Shown here: in pieces, positions 63,701 to 64,000 of the stretch
Layout of the letters: every line of letters starts with the position of its first letter
How positions within the stretch are numbered: position 1 is the first letter of the stretch
NCBI RefSeq assembly: GCF_963853765.1
Contig: NC_088858.1
Location: 34,286,001 to 34,350,000 of the forward strand
Direction of reading: 5' to 3'
Length of the DNA stretch: 64,000 nt
Source of the DNA: Magallana gigas
Lineage: Eukaryota
Made by a program: the position numbers and the translations under genes
The notes under the pieces: model-generated
Told to the model about the DNA's origin: nothing
Databases searched by the model: none
Seen by the model: the letters and a program-made list of their open reading frames with translations, nothing else

Positions 63701-64000
63701 ACGAATGGAGGCTCAGTGGAAAGGACCCTACCGTGTGACAGAACGCATCAATGATGTCAATTACAAAGTCAACGTAGGAGGACGCCGCGGAGTGGCAGTG
63801 TACCATATAAACCTTTTGAGAGAGTACAAAAGATCCATACTCTTTGTTGCTGAGAAAACAGAAGACACTGATGGACTAGAAGAAGCGACTCCATGCACTG
63901 AAAACAACGAAACCATAAGTGATTTAAACTTTGGCGAAAATTTAGACCATTGTCAAAAACAGGAAGTCCGCAAAATATTCTTGAAATATGAAAATGTTTT
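60713..64000 (+). mobile_element. Ty3/Gypsy LTR retrotransposon of the Gmr1 type, 5' portion, truncated by the window end
   Basis: 5' LTR ends ...cgtgtaaca at 61045 (start uncertain; tgtaa at 60713 chosen); PBS TGGTGGCAGCGTCGGGAT 61049-61066 (tRNA-Leu type). Confidence 0.85.
61170..64000 (+). CDS. Gag-protease-integrase-(RT start) polyprotein, open to the window end and absent from the ORF track
   Basis: MSDTEVDD...; coiled coil; CFKCNGKGHFANKC knuckle; protease KDTGAS; LAHNQPLAGHLG...CDVC; DDE residues in MDIVGP, TDQGTNF and TERFNG; ends FGENLDHCQKQEVRKIFLKYENVF. No stop seen in my translation. Confidence 0.9.
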   Translation, partial: MSDTEVDDTGRPRRATTQKLIEFTEDELVEEQPQLFRQPKNPPLKKKTTKKDQNLEIELEREKIALEREKLKIEMERLALEREKIQLQKQENEPSTKAMPFKIKLQPFDPKCDDILTFLSEFEAIGEQAEWNEKQKVLQLRTLLTGETRQISSQSSSTFDDLRKALVDRYGKRPHEYFNELVNVKREGNETYRGLFSRIDKYLRRSIEDKDPIEILREEFFLKALPPAQAQWVRRNKGSSTVVEAAEDYIPPKGPREVGPSQGFTGNGKGSGPSQGFTGNGKGSGPGNGQNHGNHRKDVICFKCNGKGHFANKCPKISLVSKIIKHECDGLIYIPGHVNDREVSFVKDTGASMTLIKEDLVDSSCILEGQKTTLYTAIGQPFEAKIGIVKLDTPYFKGHAQVGLVPSLVADALLGNDVISRKNVNVVTRAQVRQETNEEVLFDRKMNESDVKPKEIEAIKDSETTETVNIENLHGINAEKLAELQRNDPKLKSCRDKAVSTETACTIPLAFYWENGILKRKWTSANQQKQGYQIVLPKTLRQSIIKLAHNQPLAGHLGTEKTKERILKSFYWPGMFHEISDYCSSCDVCQKVAKRTNVKVPMINTPIISTPFFKISMDIVGPLAKTKKGNRFILTIVDDATRYPEAFALKSCDAESVANALIELFSRVGIPKVILTDQGTNFTSKLIKELFTLLKVKGVTTSPYHPQANGKTERFNGTLKSILKKLCTTEELEWDTLLPYALFAYREVPHQQTGFAPFDLLYGWPIRGPTEVIKEFMAGEEEIQMSTIEHIIKIRQRLQDVTSVVKENLTKRKEFVKKWYDKTASRREFQPGDEVLILLPSESSRMEAQWKGPYRVTERINDVNYKVNVGGRRGVAVYHINLLREYKRSILFVAEKTEDTDGLEEATPCTENNETISDLNFGENLDHCQKQEVRKIFLKYENV

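Overview
AT-rich eukaryotic DNA, most likely Pacific oyster or a close Crassostrea/Magallana relative; this is inferred from a Cg170-like ~166-bp satellite inside a Helentron-type (HINE) element. The host content is three tandem, apparently intact 5-exon paralogs on the minus strand: A 13206-7457, B 42431-37675 and C 52198-49252. I spliced each by hand into a ~270-280 aa secreted protein with signal peptide, PAN/Apple domain, FOLN/EGF-like linker, Sushi (CCP) and Kringle, and no protease domain. A and B lie in a tandem segmental duplication (position 1 aligns to ~15185), and the B copy is inflated by insertions. Mobile elements include: a very young Mag-type Gypsy LTR element (identical 141-bp LTRs, GTCAC TSD, one 2-nt frameshift); a full-length hAT element whose transposase gains a spliced N-terminal OTU/vertnin-like Cys-protease domain; a Gmr1-type Gypsy (PR-IN-RT order) running off the right end and missing from the ORF track; a decayed Penelope-like RT; and several HINEs and MITEs. 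The most unusual items are the OTU-hAT fusion, the PAN-Sushi-Kringle family with a fast-diverging kringle, and a small repeat-spacer array bracketed by a perfect 16-bp inverted repeat. No database searches were run, so family names rest on recalled motifs.
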